The notes under the pieces were generated by a model. It made no database searches. It was given only the letters and a program-made list of their open reading frames with translations, and was not told where the DNA came from. A stretch of 64,000 nucleotides of DNA, taken from Candidatus Latescibacterota bacterium. Its GTDB lineage: Bacteria > Latescibacterota > UBA2968 > UBA8231. This document shows positions 46,601 through 54,744 of this stretch, one piece after another. The stretch lies in NCBI GenBank assembly GCA_965221775.1, contig CBDCSU010000005.1:224001-288000 (forward strand). Reading direction: 5' to 3'. A program made the translations under genes and the position numbers. The number at the start of each line of letters is the position of its first letter. The stretch's first letter is position 1.

Positions 46601-48480
46601 GCGCCGGTGCGCGGCAGGTCCGGCACGATGCTGCGCCTCGGGAAGACCATGGTCCGGGCCTTCAGGGAGCGCATCGTGTCCTTGAGGCGCATCTTGAAGT
46701 CGGGGAACAGCTCCGGGTCCTCGAAGGCCATGTGGAACATCCCCGCCAGGGCCCGGATCTGCCGCGAGAGGTTGTCGTAGCGGATGTGGTGCGCGCGGTC
46801 GAGAGGGGTGTCGACGAGGAACCGGGCGTCGTTCACGGTGACGAAGGCCAGGGCCGGTGTCCCCGTGGTCAGCACCAGCTCGCTGTTCACGGAGATCTCG
46901 CCGGGGACGAAGGTCTCCCAGCTCTTGCCCCCCTCGGGGCTGATGCCGTTCACCAGGACGTCGCGGAAGCTGTAACCGAGCTCGCGGCTCACCTTTCGCG
47001 AGTAGCCCATGAAGTTCTTGCCGAAGGGCGCGAAGTAGCGCTTGTAGTAGAAGCTCGAGTTGCTGTTCCAGATGCCGAGCTCGTCGGTCTGCGTCGACAG
47101 GTCGAGGCTGATGAACAGGTTCACGTCGAGGGAATCGACCTTCGGATCGACCCACTCGCGGTAGAAGCCCAGGCGCAGGTCCTCGTCGTCGCCGAGCTTC
47201 CTAAGCAACTCGTCGGAGGAGTCGAAGGAAGCCTGGCGGAGCTCGGACCCCTTCCTGTACCGGAGCCGCCAGTCGTCGCCGTCGCGGATGATCAGGTCTT
47301 CGCCGTCCGCCATGGAGGCCCTGGCCACGGCGCGCACGAGAAGGGTGTCGGTCTCGGCCACGGAGCGAACCAGCGCTTCCTTGCCGCTGAAGGTCTCCTC
47401 GCCGAGAAGGTAGGTGACCCCGTCCTCTCCCTCGCCGATCAGCCCGCGGGCCAGGGACGCTTCGATGACTCGGCGCAGGACCATGCGGTCGATGAAGGGG
47501 TTCTCGTCGCGCAGGTAGCGCTGGATGAAGTCGTCGATGCCGCGCAGGGCGAGGTGGTGGGCGGAGGTGGCGAGGAACAGGACCGAGCGCGCCGGGGGAT
47601 GCTCGCGGAAGTACCGGGCCAGCTCGAGCAGGGCCGTGATCCCCGCCGCCTGCTCGGCGCCGGGCGCGAGGGAGGGCACCACCGACATGGCGTCGTAGTA
47701 CGACTCCAGGACGATCACATCGTCCTGGAGCAGGGGGTCGTAACCGGGGATGAAGCCCATGACGTTCCAGGCCGGGCGCCGCTCCCAGTCCATGCGGTAC
47801 TCGAGGTGGGCCGAGGGCGGCCCGCCCGCGCCCTCGATCGCCTCCCGCAACAGTCCGCCATCCGGGCCGCTCACCCAGAACCGGGGCAGGTCGAGGGGCA
47901 TGGTGAGGAACTTCTTCTCGCCCTCCAGGTAGACGGTCGAGTCGGGCTCGATGAAGACGACGGCGGCGGCGCCCAGATAGGCGCCGTTGAGCCAGTTGTC
48001 GCCGGAGTTGAAGTCGAGGACGACGACGGCCCCCTCCACGTCCTGGCCGTCGAACTCCACGAACTCCCCCCGTCCGCCGTAGATCAGGGGCCCGTGGATG
48101 CCGCCGTCGGGCAGGGTCGAGGTGCGCACCAGGTTGGGCCACAGTCCGTGGAGCTCCACGGAGGGCCCTCCCGCGATCCTGAGACGTCCTCCCTGGTCGA
48201 CGGGCACGGAGACGTCGTACTTGTGGAAGGTGATGTCGTGCAGGCCGATCTGCCGGAACTGGCGGTGCACGTGCAGGGCCGCCTCCTCGGCTCCGGGATA
48301 GCCGGCCACGCGCGAACCGAGGCCCGAGAAGAACCCCACGGTCCGGCGCAGACGGTCCTCCGGCGCCAGCTGGCGGAGGGCCTCGAAGTCGACTTCGGCC
48401 GCCGCCGGCGCCGCCGCGAGGACGGCGAGCAGGCCGAGGGACCCCGCGCGCAGACGGAGAAACGGGCGCATATCGGTCAT
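43669..48480 (-). CDS. Giant fusion: signal peptide + PA/M28-like (nicastrin/nicalin-like) ectodomain + TM bundle + MacB/FtsX permease
   Basis: SRVAGYPG, PA domain, ESYYD...APGAEQAAG..ALLELAR; ISNMKRRKLRTALT; NTMMGSVYER.REIGI..SVG; YPARRAS. Alternative ATGs at 48471 and 48507. Confidence 0.85.
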   Translation of the reverse strand: MTDMRPFLRLRAGSLGLLAVLAAAPAAAEVDFEALRQLAPEDRLRRTVGFFSGLGSRVAGYPGAEEAALHVHRQFRQIGLHDITFHKYDVSVPVDQGGRLRIAGGPSVELHGLWPNLVRTSTLPDGGIHGPLIYGGRGEFVEFDGQDVEGAVVVLDFNSGDNWLNGAYLGAAAVVFIEPDSTVYLEGEKKFLTMPLDLPRFWVSGPDGGLLREAIEGAGGPPSAHLEYRMDWERRPAWNVMGFIPGYDPLLQDDVIVLESYYDAMSVVPSLAPGAEQAAGITALLELARYFREHPPARSVLFLATSAHHLALRGIDDFIQRYLRDENPFIDRMVLRRVIEASLARGLIGEGEDGVTYLLGEETFSGKEALVRSVAETDTLLVRAVARASMADGEDLIIRDGDDWRLRYRKGSELRQASFDSSDELLRKLGDDEDLRLGFYREWVDPKVDSLDVNLFISLDLSTQTDELGIWNSNSSFYYKRYFAPFGKNFMGYSRKVSRELGYSFRDVLVNGISPEGGKSWETFVPGEISVNSELVLTTGTPALAFVTVNDARFLVDTPLDRAHHIRYDNLSRQIRALAGMFHMAFEDPELFPDFKMRLKDTMRSLKARTMVFPRRSIVPDLPRTGAVGVVRNGKKKSYKGVRGEYFEVVDGDGAFFVNRIRVEQVQVEGYRMDPATGRVSYAPDRGIQGDQAYPMLIKMDWRDKEWMVVLFPCHAFNFFDIVDPRYLTKLSEVTVFDETNASPVEYGYTIGEGPSAKDEPVGVLFARPGALVKMGFGAGILGFRSLLLNSENPDDKEEALGAGFAMEPGSSFARTSYQSARDMWTLDEARMRELRSFAIENQRLNDLHERARGELERAAAALERKEWSEFVRHTRSAIGLESRAYPDVKSTQNDVIQGIIFFMALVLPCAYFAERLLITAATIQRQIMGFAGIFLVIWIVLSFVHPAFELSNPFVILLAFVILVLAALVMWIISGRFNEQMKKLRTEVAVIHDTDVSRSSASLTAFLLGISNMKRRKLRTALTFVTLLLLTFTVLSFTSIQTALRYNQIERDNEGLYEGLLIRSKAWTPLEESVLEYAHSNFGGRAAIAPRSWYDNQKKAHIKIKYGEDAHNALGVLGLTPSETDVTGLDQALLAGRWFREGEERVCILPNDMLGADKLGIDMGEVDAGGVTVRVFGERFTVIGIINSTRMKELKDLDDETMTPADFAVTGGQAVQEIAEEEQREKQGLEDAQVVIKPFVHLEPANTLILPYHTLRNVGSGNPLQSVAIRFDEGVDERAEIEQFLSRLAVTLFAGIQEPGDDYIKVSIYSSLGMTSLSGVANLFVPILIAALIVLNTMMGSVYERFREIGIYSSVGLAPGHIAWLFMAESCVYSVLGVVAGYLVGQITATLLTQLGVVTGFTLNYSSLSAVLSCILVMAVVMLSTIYPARRASQMAVPDVTRRWRLPRPEGDDWHFEFPFTVAGRDVLGLSVFLIGYFDSYSEESIGTFYTDGAKLGRLDSEYGEGYTIDMNIWLAPFDLGVSQHVVIRALPESEHNIYQIQLDIRRLSGEDASWRRVNQRFMNVIRKQFLIWRTVDAEAKEAYRSQGQELLSGAPAGSVSA

Positions 48481-48518
48481 GACCGGGTAATGATCGGCAA
48501 ACGGCATGGGCCCCGCAA

Positions 48519-49049
48519 TCACCGACCGGGGGCGGGGCCTCCCCCGTAGCCCGCCCTGGCCAGGGCCCGCACCGCGTAGTAGGTGATCAGCCCCGTCATC
48601 GCCCCGGAGAGGACGCCGCCCACCAGGAAGAGGGGCAGCAGCCGCAACAGACCCGCCTGGGCGAGATAGACCTCGGCCACCAGGAGCTGCGTCACCTGGT
48701 GGACGACGGCCCCCGCGACGCTCAGCCCCACGGGGCTCAACAGGCCGGGCAGGTATCGCCGCAGTCCGATCATCGCGGCCAGGCTCGTGAGGGCGGCGCT
48801 GCCCCCGATGACCGACGCCGGGCCGGCCAGACCGCCGCTCAACAGACCGCCGACGACGACCTTCACGGCGCTCACCGCCGCCCCCGGGCCGCCGCCGAAG
48901 AGGAGCAGCGTCGACAGGACGGCGGCGTTTCCGAGTCCGAGCTTCATCCACGGCAGGGGGCGCGGCACGACCGTCTCGAAGACGAAGAGGATCAGGGCGG
49001 CGGCGGACATCAGCCCCAGGAAGGCGACGCGCTTTGCGGGCGAGAGCAT
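48519..49049 (-). CDS. Gx transporter / heptaprenyl diphosphate synthase component I family membrane protein
   Basis: E...P.PLPWMKLGLGN, S.VG.SVAGA..H...QL motifs. Confidence 0.85.
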   Translation of the reverse strand: MLSPAKRVAFLGLMSAAALILFVFETVVPRPLPWMKLGLGNAAVLSTLLLFGGGPGAAVSAVKVVVGGLLSGGLAGPASVIGGSAALTSLAAMIGLRRYLPGLLSPVGLSVAGAVVHQVTQLLVAEVYLAQAGLLRLLPLFLVGGVLSGAMTGLITYYAVRALARAGYGGGPAPGR

Positions 49050-49543
49050 CAGCGGCTGACCCCGTCGAAGGAGGGACCGCCCTCCCCTTCGACCCGGACC
49101 ACCAGATGGTTGGGGACACAGACCGCCACGTCGCCCACCGCCCGCAGCCAGCCGCGGCGGACGCAGATCCGCCGGGCGCAGGGAGAGTCCACAACGCGGG
49201 CACGGCCGCCGTCGACCTCCACCGCGCTCACCCCGGCGGGGCCGGGCACCTCGATCCGCGCCGCCTCGTGCAGCGGCAGGAGACGCACGACCTCGCCTCC
49301 CACCTGCACGCTCGCCGCCCGGGGGGTCCCACCGCCGGGCCTCGCCACGAGCAGGGCCGCCGCCGACAGCAGCACCACCGCCGCGAGAACGATGTCGCCC
49401 GGGCTGGGAGGCAGGGGCCGGTACGGCTTGACACTCCCCCTGGGGCTGATTACACTGGCGAGAGCGCCGCGCAATGACGTATCTCGTTGTCGGCTATGGA
49501 GTAACCGCCGTTTCGCCGGGCCTGTTTCGAGGCCTCCGGACAC
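49049..49543 (-). CDS. NusG domain II (DUF1312) protein; true start probably nearer 49400
   Basis: GDI.L TM helix; SPC...ICV..GW......CVPN motif; TGATG coupling to the Gx gene. Confidence 0.8.
   Translation of the reverse strand: MSGGLETGPAKRRLLHSRQRDTSLRGALASVISPRGSVKPYRPLPPSPGDIVLAAVVLLSAAALLVARPGGGTPRAASVQVGGEVVRLLPLHEAARIEVPGPAGVSAVEVDGGRARVVDSPCARRICVRRGWLRAVGDVAVCVPNHLVVRVEGEGGPSFDGVSR
49428..49456 (+). promoter_or_regulatory. sigma70 promoter for relA/spoT
   Basis: TTGACA-N17-TACACT. Confidence 0.7.
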
Positions 49544-49592
49544 CCCGTGCCCGTCGAGCCCGCACCGGCTTCACCGGGCTTGTGAGCCCCTC

Positions 49593-51869
49593 TTGACGAC
49601 CTCCCGGACCGCCGTCGAAGAAGCGCCCCCCCGCGACGGGGAAGACCTGCCGGAGCGCCCGGGCCCCACCAATCTCGAGGCGCTGCTCGAGGACTCGCGG
49701 GACCACCTGCAGCTGCAAATGCTGCTCATCGAGGTCGCCTCGTGCAACGAGTCCGCCGACTTCGACCTGGTGGCCCGCGCCTACCACTTCGCCCACGAGG
49801 CCCACGCCGGGCAGATCCGCAAGTCGGGGGAACCCTACCTCCAGCACATCGTCGAGGTGGCCCGGATCCTCGCCCAGCTGCGCCTCGACACGACCACCGT
49901 CGCCGCCGGCCTGCTCCACGACGTGGTGGAGGACACGGCGGTCACGCAGGACCAGATCGAGTCCCGGTTCGGGTCCAAGATCTCGGCCCTCATCGACGGG
50001 GTCACCAAGATCGAGCGCTTCCAGCTCGAGAGCCGCGAGGCCCGCCAGGCCGAGACCTTCCGCAAGATGCTGCTGTCCATGGTCGAGGACATCCGGGTCA
50101 TCCTGGTCAAGTTCGCCGACCGGCTGCACAACATGCGCACCCTGGACGCCCTCGACGACGACCAGCGCCAGCGCATCTCCCACGAGACCCTCGAGGTCTA
50201 TGCGCCCCTGGCCCACCGGCTGGGCCTGGCCCGGATCCGCTGGGAGCTGGAGGACCGCAGCCTCAAGCATCTCGAGCCCGCCTTCTACCGCGAAATCCGC
50301 GAGAAGGTGGCCATGCGGCGCGAGGAGCGGGAGCGCCTGATCGACGGCTTCAAGACGCCCCTGGCCGAGGAGCTGGCTCGCAGCGGCATCGAGGCCGAGA
50401 TCACCGGGCGTCCGAAGAACTTCTACAGCATCTACAACAAGATGCGCAGCCGGGTGAAGCCCTTCGAGGAGATCTACGACCTCACGGCGGTGCGCATCAT
50501 CGTCGGCACCGCGCGCGAGTGCTACCACACCCTCGGCCTGGTGCACACCCTCTACCGCCCGATCCCGGACCGCTTCAAGGACTACATCGCCACGCCCAAG
50601 ACCAACATGTACCAGTCGCTGCACACCACGGTCATCGGCCCTCAGGGCATGCCGGTGGAGGTGCAGATCCGCACCTGGGAGATGCACCACACGGCGGAGA
50701 TCGGCATCGCCGCCCACTGGCGCTACAAGGGGGGGGGAGCCGGGGAGAGCAGCGACCTCGACCAGCAGATGAACTGGCTGCGCCAGGTCCTCGACTGGCA
50801 GCGGGACTCCACCGACCCGGCGGAGTTCATGGAAAACCTGAAGATCGAGCTCTTCCAGGACGAGATCTTCGTCTTCACCCCCAAGGGCGACCTCCACCAG
50901 CTGCCGAAGGAGGCGACCCCCATCGACTTCGCCTTCGCCATCCACACCGACATCGGCCTCCACTGCCTGACCGCCAAGGTGGACGGCCAGATCGTTCCCC
51001 TGAGCACGCCCCTGACGAGCGGCGCCACCGTGCAGATCATCACCTCGCCCCACCAGAAGCCGAATCCGTCCTGGCTCGAGATGGTCAAGACCGCCAAGGC
51101 CCGCCAGGCGATCCGCCGATGGGTGAAGGAGGAGCGATTCTCCCAGAGCGTGCGCCTCGGCCAGGAGATCCTCGAGCACGAGCTGAAGCGCTACCGCCAC
51201 CGCGCCGGCAGCGAGGCCCTCGAGGAGCTGGCGGCGGAGATGAAGCTCGCCGACACCGAGCACCTCTACGCGGCCATCGGCGCCGGCGACCTGTCGGTGA
51301 GCCGCGCCGTCAACCGCCTCGTGCCGAATCCGCCGAAGCGTCGGGTGCGGCCGCTGATCCGCGACCGGCGGGGCATCCGCATCCAGGGCATGAACGACAT
51401 GATGATCCACTTCGGGAAGTGCTGCACGCCGATTCCCGGAGACCCGATCATCGGCCTCATCACCCGGGGCCGGGGGCTGTCGGTGCATCGCACGGACTGT
51501 CCCAACTTCGCCGACCTGGCCGAGGATCCGGAGCGCCTCACGCCGGTGGCCTGGGACCTCGAGGAGGAGCAGGCCTTCACGGTGCAGCTCCTCGTGTGCG
51601 GGCATGACCGCAGGTACTTCCTCTCCGACGTGACCCGCATCATCTCCGACACGGGTGCCAACATCGTCAGCTGCGAGACCCGGACCCTGGCCCACGTCGT
51701 GGAGGAGACGTTCCGGATCGACGTCCACGATTCCCGGCAATTGCAGAAGATGGTGAAGAAGCTGCGCGGCGTGGAAGGCGTCACCGAGGTGCAGCGCGTC
51801 GACGAAGTGGCCGTGGAGGGACCGGACCTCCGCGGCGAGGAGGGACGGGGGTCCGCCGAGCCCCGGTGA
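49593..51869 (+). CDS. relA: Bifunctional (p)ppGpp synthetase/hydrolase (long RSH)
   Basis: RKSGEPY..H, LHDVVED (intact HD), KFADRLHNMRT, YQSLHT, EVQIRT, TGS, CC.PIPGD, ACT; TTG start approximate. Confidence 0.95.
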   Translation: MTTSRTAVEEAPPRDGEDLPERPGPTNLEALLEDSRDHLQLQMLLIEVASCNESADFDLVARAYHFAHEAHAGQIRKSGEPYLQHIVEVARILAQLRLDTTTVAAGLLHDVVEDTAVTQDQIESRFGSKISALIDGVTKIERFQLESREARQAETFRKMLLSMVEDIRVILVKFADRLHNMRTLDALDDDQRQRISHETLEVYAPLAHRLGLARIRWELEDRSLKHLEPAFYREIREKVAMRREERERLIDGFKTPLAEELARSGIEAEITGRPKNFYSIYNKMRSRVKPFEEIYDLTAVRIIVGTARECYHTLGLVHTLYRPIPDRFKDYIATPKTNMYQSLHTTVIGPQGMPVEVQIRTWEMHHTAEIGIAAHWRYKGGGAGESSDLDQQMNWLRQVLDWQRDSTDPAEFMENLKIELFQDEIFVFTPKGDLHQLPKEATPIDFAFAIHTDIGLHCLTAKVDGQIVPLSTPLTSGATVQIITSPHQKPNPSWLEMVKTAKARQAIRRWVKEERFSQSVRLGQEILEHELKRYRHRAGSEALEELAAEMKLADTEHLYAAIGAGDLSVSRAVNRLVPNPPKRRVRPLIRDRRGIRIQGMNDMMIHFGKCCTPIPGDPIIGLITRGRGLSVHRTDCPNFADLAEDPERLTPVAWDLEEEQAFTVQLLVCGHDRRYFLSDVTRIISDTGANIVSCETRTLAHVVEETFRIDVHDSRQLQKMVKKLRGVEGVTEVQRVDEVAVEGPDLRGEEGRGSAEPR

Positions 51870-51896
51870 CCGCCGCGTCTCCGCACGGTGAGGCCG

Positions 51897-51926
51897 TTGA
51901 CACTGTGCGCGAGGCCCGGGTATTTT
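51897..51926 (+). promoter_or_regulatory. sigma70 promoter for hisC
   Basis: TTGACA-N18-TATTTT. Confidence 0.55.
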
Positions 51927-51954
51927 GCCGCCGGCCCCGCCTCGCCACCGGCCC

Positions 51955-53010
51955 ATGACCCCCTTCCTCCCCCACATCGCCGGCATGGCCGGTTACCTCC
52001 CCGGCGAGCAGCCCGCCGACGGGGAGTACCTCAAGCTCAACACCAACGAGAACCCCTACCCGCCTTCGCCGCTGGTCCTGGCGAGGCTGCGCGCCGCCCT
52101 CGACGGCCGCCTGCGCCGCTATCCCGACGCCGCCGCCGCCGGGGTTCGCCGGCGACTGGCGGCCCTCTTCGGCTACGACGAGGAACACTACCTCGTCGGC
52201 AACGGCTCCGACGAGCTGCTCAACGTCGCCGTGCGCTGCTTTGCCGGCGCCGGAGACGAGGTCGCTTTCGCCACGCCCACCTACCCGTACTACGCCAAGC
52301 TCGTGGAGCTGCAGGACGCCCGCCGCGTGGCCATCGAGTTCGACGGTGACTTCGCCCTGCCGGCGTCCCTCGCCGCCGCCGATGCCCGGCTGACCCTGGT
52401 GCCCAACCCGAACTCTCCCTCGGGGACGGTCGTGATCTGCGAAGATCTCGATCACCTGGCCGCCAGGCTGTCCGGAATCCTCCTCATCGACGAGGCCTAC
52501 GTCGACTTCGCCCGCGGCGGCGCCCTCGATCTCGTGGGCCGCCACGCCAACGTGATCGTCGCCCGCACCCTGTCCAAGTCCTTCTCCCTCGCCGGACTCC
52601 GCATCGGCTTCTGCGTCGCCTGCCCCGAGGTGGTCCGGGGGATGGGCAAGGTGAAGGAGCACTACAACATCAACACGCTGAGCCAGGTCGCCGGCGAAGC
52701 CGCCCTCGACGATGTCGACTGGATGCGGAGAAACGCCCGCCGGGTCGCCGCCACTCGTTCGCGCCTGACCGGAGCCCTCCGCGGGCACGGCTGTCACGTC
52801 TGGGACTCGGAGGCCAACTTCGTCCTCGCCCGAATGCCTGCCGGCGCCGAGGCGGGGCGGATCGCCTCGGAGCTGAGGCGGCGCCGCATCCTGGTCCGCT
52901 ACTTCGGCGGCGATCCGAGGCTCAGCGACTGCCTGCGCATCTCCATCGGCACCGACCCGGAGATCGACCGGCTGCTGGAAGAGCTCCGCGGGTTGCTGGG
53001 CAAGGACTGA
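51955..53010 (+). CDS. hisC: Histidinol-phosphate aminotransferase
   Basis: KLNTNENPY, GNGSDE, PNSPSG, DEAYVDF, RTLSKSFSLAGLRIG. Confidence 0.93.
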   Translation: MTPFLPHIAGMAGYLPGEQPADGEYLKLNTNENPYPPSPLVLARLRAALDGRLRRYPDAAAAGVRRRLAALFGYDEEHYLVGNGSDELLNVAVRCFAGAGDEVAFATPTYPYYAKLVELQDARRVAIEFDGDFALPASLAAADARLTLVPNPNSPSGTVVICEDLDHLAARLSGILLIDEAYVDFARGGALDLVGRHANVIVARTLSKSFSLAGLRIGFCVACPEVVRGMGKVKEHYNINTLSQVAGEAALDDVDWMRRNARRVAATRSRLTGALRGHGCHVWDSEANFVLARMPAGAEAGRIASELRRRRILVRYFGGDPRLSDCLRISIGTDPEIDRLLEELRGLLGKD

Positions 53011-53026
53011 GCCGCCCCTCCCGGTG

Positions 53027-53548
53027 CTACCGCCGCCCGGCCTCCCGCATCCGCATCAGGGCATTCACGTCCGAAACCCTCAGACCGACGCGGCGCGAGA
53101 TCTCGGCCGCTGACAGGCCCTGCGCGAGCATCTCGCGGGCCCTGCGGTAGGCCTCCCTGCCGGGGTCGGGGAATCCCTCCTCCCGGCGCGGATCGGCGGC
53201 GGCAGACCCGGCGGTCCGGCCCTCCCCCGAGGCTCCCACCTGGCGAAGCCCGGTCTCGGCCGGCCTCGGAGCCGGGACGGTGCCGGCGGCCTTCGGAGGG
53301 GCCGTCGATCCGGCGACCCGGGCCGCGGCGGCGGGAGCTGGTTGCTCGAGGGTCCGGCAAAGGTCGGCCAGGCGCTGGCCCAGCTTGTGCAGGCTCCGTT
53401 GCTGATCCTCCAGGAGGGTCAACCGCCGGTCCAGCTCGCGCTTCTGTTCCCTCAACCAGGACCGGAACCAGAAAGCCAGGGTCCCGGCGAGGACCAGGAA
53501 CAGCAGATCGAGGAGGATCTGGCGCAGGGCGGAGTCAGGAAGGCTCAC
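53027..53548 (-). CDS. Membrane-anchored coiled-coil protein with C-terminal HTH-like domain (DUF2802-like)
   Basis: N-terminal TM, coiled coil, low-complexity linker, Y..A..M...G.S..EI...GL end. Confidence 0.6.
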   Translation of the reverse strand: MSLPDSALRQILLDLLFLVLAGTLAFWFRSWLREQKRELDRRLTLLEDQQRSLHKLGQRLADLCRTLEQPAPAAAARVAGSTAPPKAAGTVPAPRPAETGLRQVGASGEGRTAGSAAADPRREEGFPDPGREAYRRAREMLAQGLSAAEISRRVGLRVSDVNALMRMREAGRR

Positions 53549-53588
53549 GGGACCAATATACCCCCGTACCCCGCAAACCCGCTATCGA

Positions 53589-54590
53589 TCATCGGCTGGA
53601 GGGATCCTCCCGGGGGGCTGCCGCAGGTCCGATGCGGTCCCGCACCGGCGGCGTCCGGCCGCCCCGCTGATGGAGGCTGGCCAGCATGTCCCCCAACAGG
53701 CCGGTGGAGAACAACTGGAATCCCACGATGATCAGCAGGATGGCGAGCATCAACAGGGGATGGCGGTTCTGGATCGTGCCGGTCTGCCACCACAGGTTCG
53801 TGATGTACGCGCCGATGGCGCCGCCCGCGATCGTGCTCAGCAGCCCGAGGGAGCCGAAGAGATGCATGGGCGTCGACATGAAGCGGACCACGAAGGTGAT
53901 GGACAACAGGTCGAGGAGGCCGTTCAGAAGCCGCCGGGTGCCGAACTTGGAACGCCCGAAGCGGCGGGGATGGTGGGTCACCGGCAGCTCGGCGACGCGG
54001 TATCCGGCCCAGTGGGCGATGGCGGGCAGGAACCGGTAGAGCTCCCCGTACAGGTAGGGCAGGGCCTCCTCCACCACCTCGCGCCGGTACACCTTGAGGC
54101 CGCAGTTGAAGTCGTGCAGGCGGATGCCGGAGACGGCCGACGTGATCAGGTTGAAGAGCTTCGAGGGCAGGGTCTTGGTGAGGGGATCGCGGCGCTTCCT
54201 CTTCCATCCCGACACCAGGTCCCGGCCGCCCTCCGCCTCGAGGGCGGACAGCAGGTTGGGGATCTCCGCCGGATCGTCCTGGAGGTCCGCGTCCAGGGTC
54301 GCCACCAGCCGGCCCCTGGCTTCCTTGAAGCCGAGGGCCAGGGCCGCCGCCTTGCGGTAGTTGCGGCGGAAGCGGACCGCCCGCAGCCACCCGTAGCTTC
54401 CGGAGAGCCGTGCGAGCACCTCGAAGGAGCCGTCGGTGCTGCCGTCGTCGACGAAGACCACCTCGAAGGCCAGGCCCTGGCCCGAGAGGGCGGCTTCGAT
54501 CTGCTCGCACAGCGGCTCGAGGCTCTCCTCCTCGTTGTACAGGGGGACCACGATCGTCAGATCGATGGGGCCATCCGCAGACATCGCCAC
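53589..54590 (-). CDS. GT2 polyprenol-phosphate glycosyltransferase (ArnC/DPM1-like)
   Basis: VVPLYNEE, VDDGSTD, DADLQDDP, HDFNCG.K, two C-terminal TM helices. Confidence 0.9.
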   Translation of the reverse strand: MAMSADGPIDLTIVVPLYNEEESLEPLCEQIEAALSGQGLAFEVVFVDDGSTDGSFEVLARLSGSYGWLRAVRFRRNYRKAAALALGFKEARGRLVATLDADLQDDPAEIPNLLSALEAEGGRDLVSGWKRKRRDPLTKTLPSKLFNLITSAVSGIRLHDFNCGLKVYRREVVEEALPYLYGELYRFLPAIAHWAGYRVAELPVTHHPRRFGRSKFGTRRLLNGLLDLLSITFVVRFMSTPMHLFGSLGLLSTIAGGAIGAYITNLWWQTGTIQNRHPLLMLAILLIIVGFQLFSTGLLGDMLASLHQRGGRTPPVRDRIGPAAAPREDPSSR

Positions 54591-54744
54591 TCCTCTTCGA
54601 GCCGGCCTCCCGGCCGCGAGACCTCCCGGGGCTCCGTGCTGGTTCCAAGATAAGGCCGGAGAGAGTGCGGGTCTCCCATGGGACCAGACCCCTTCGGCCT
54701 CCCGTCATTATACTCTCTCACCTCCTCGCCTCTCCCGGAATGAC

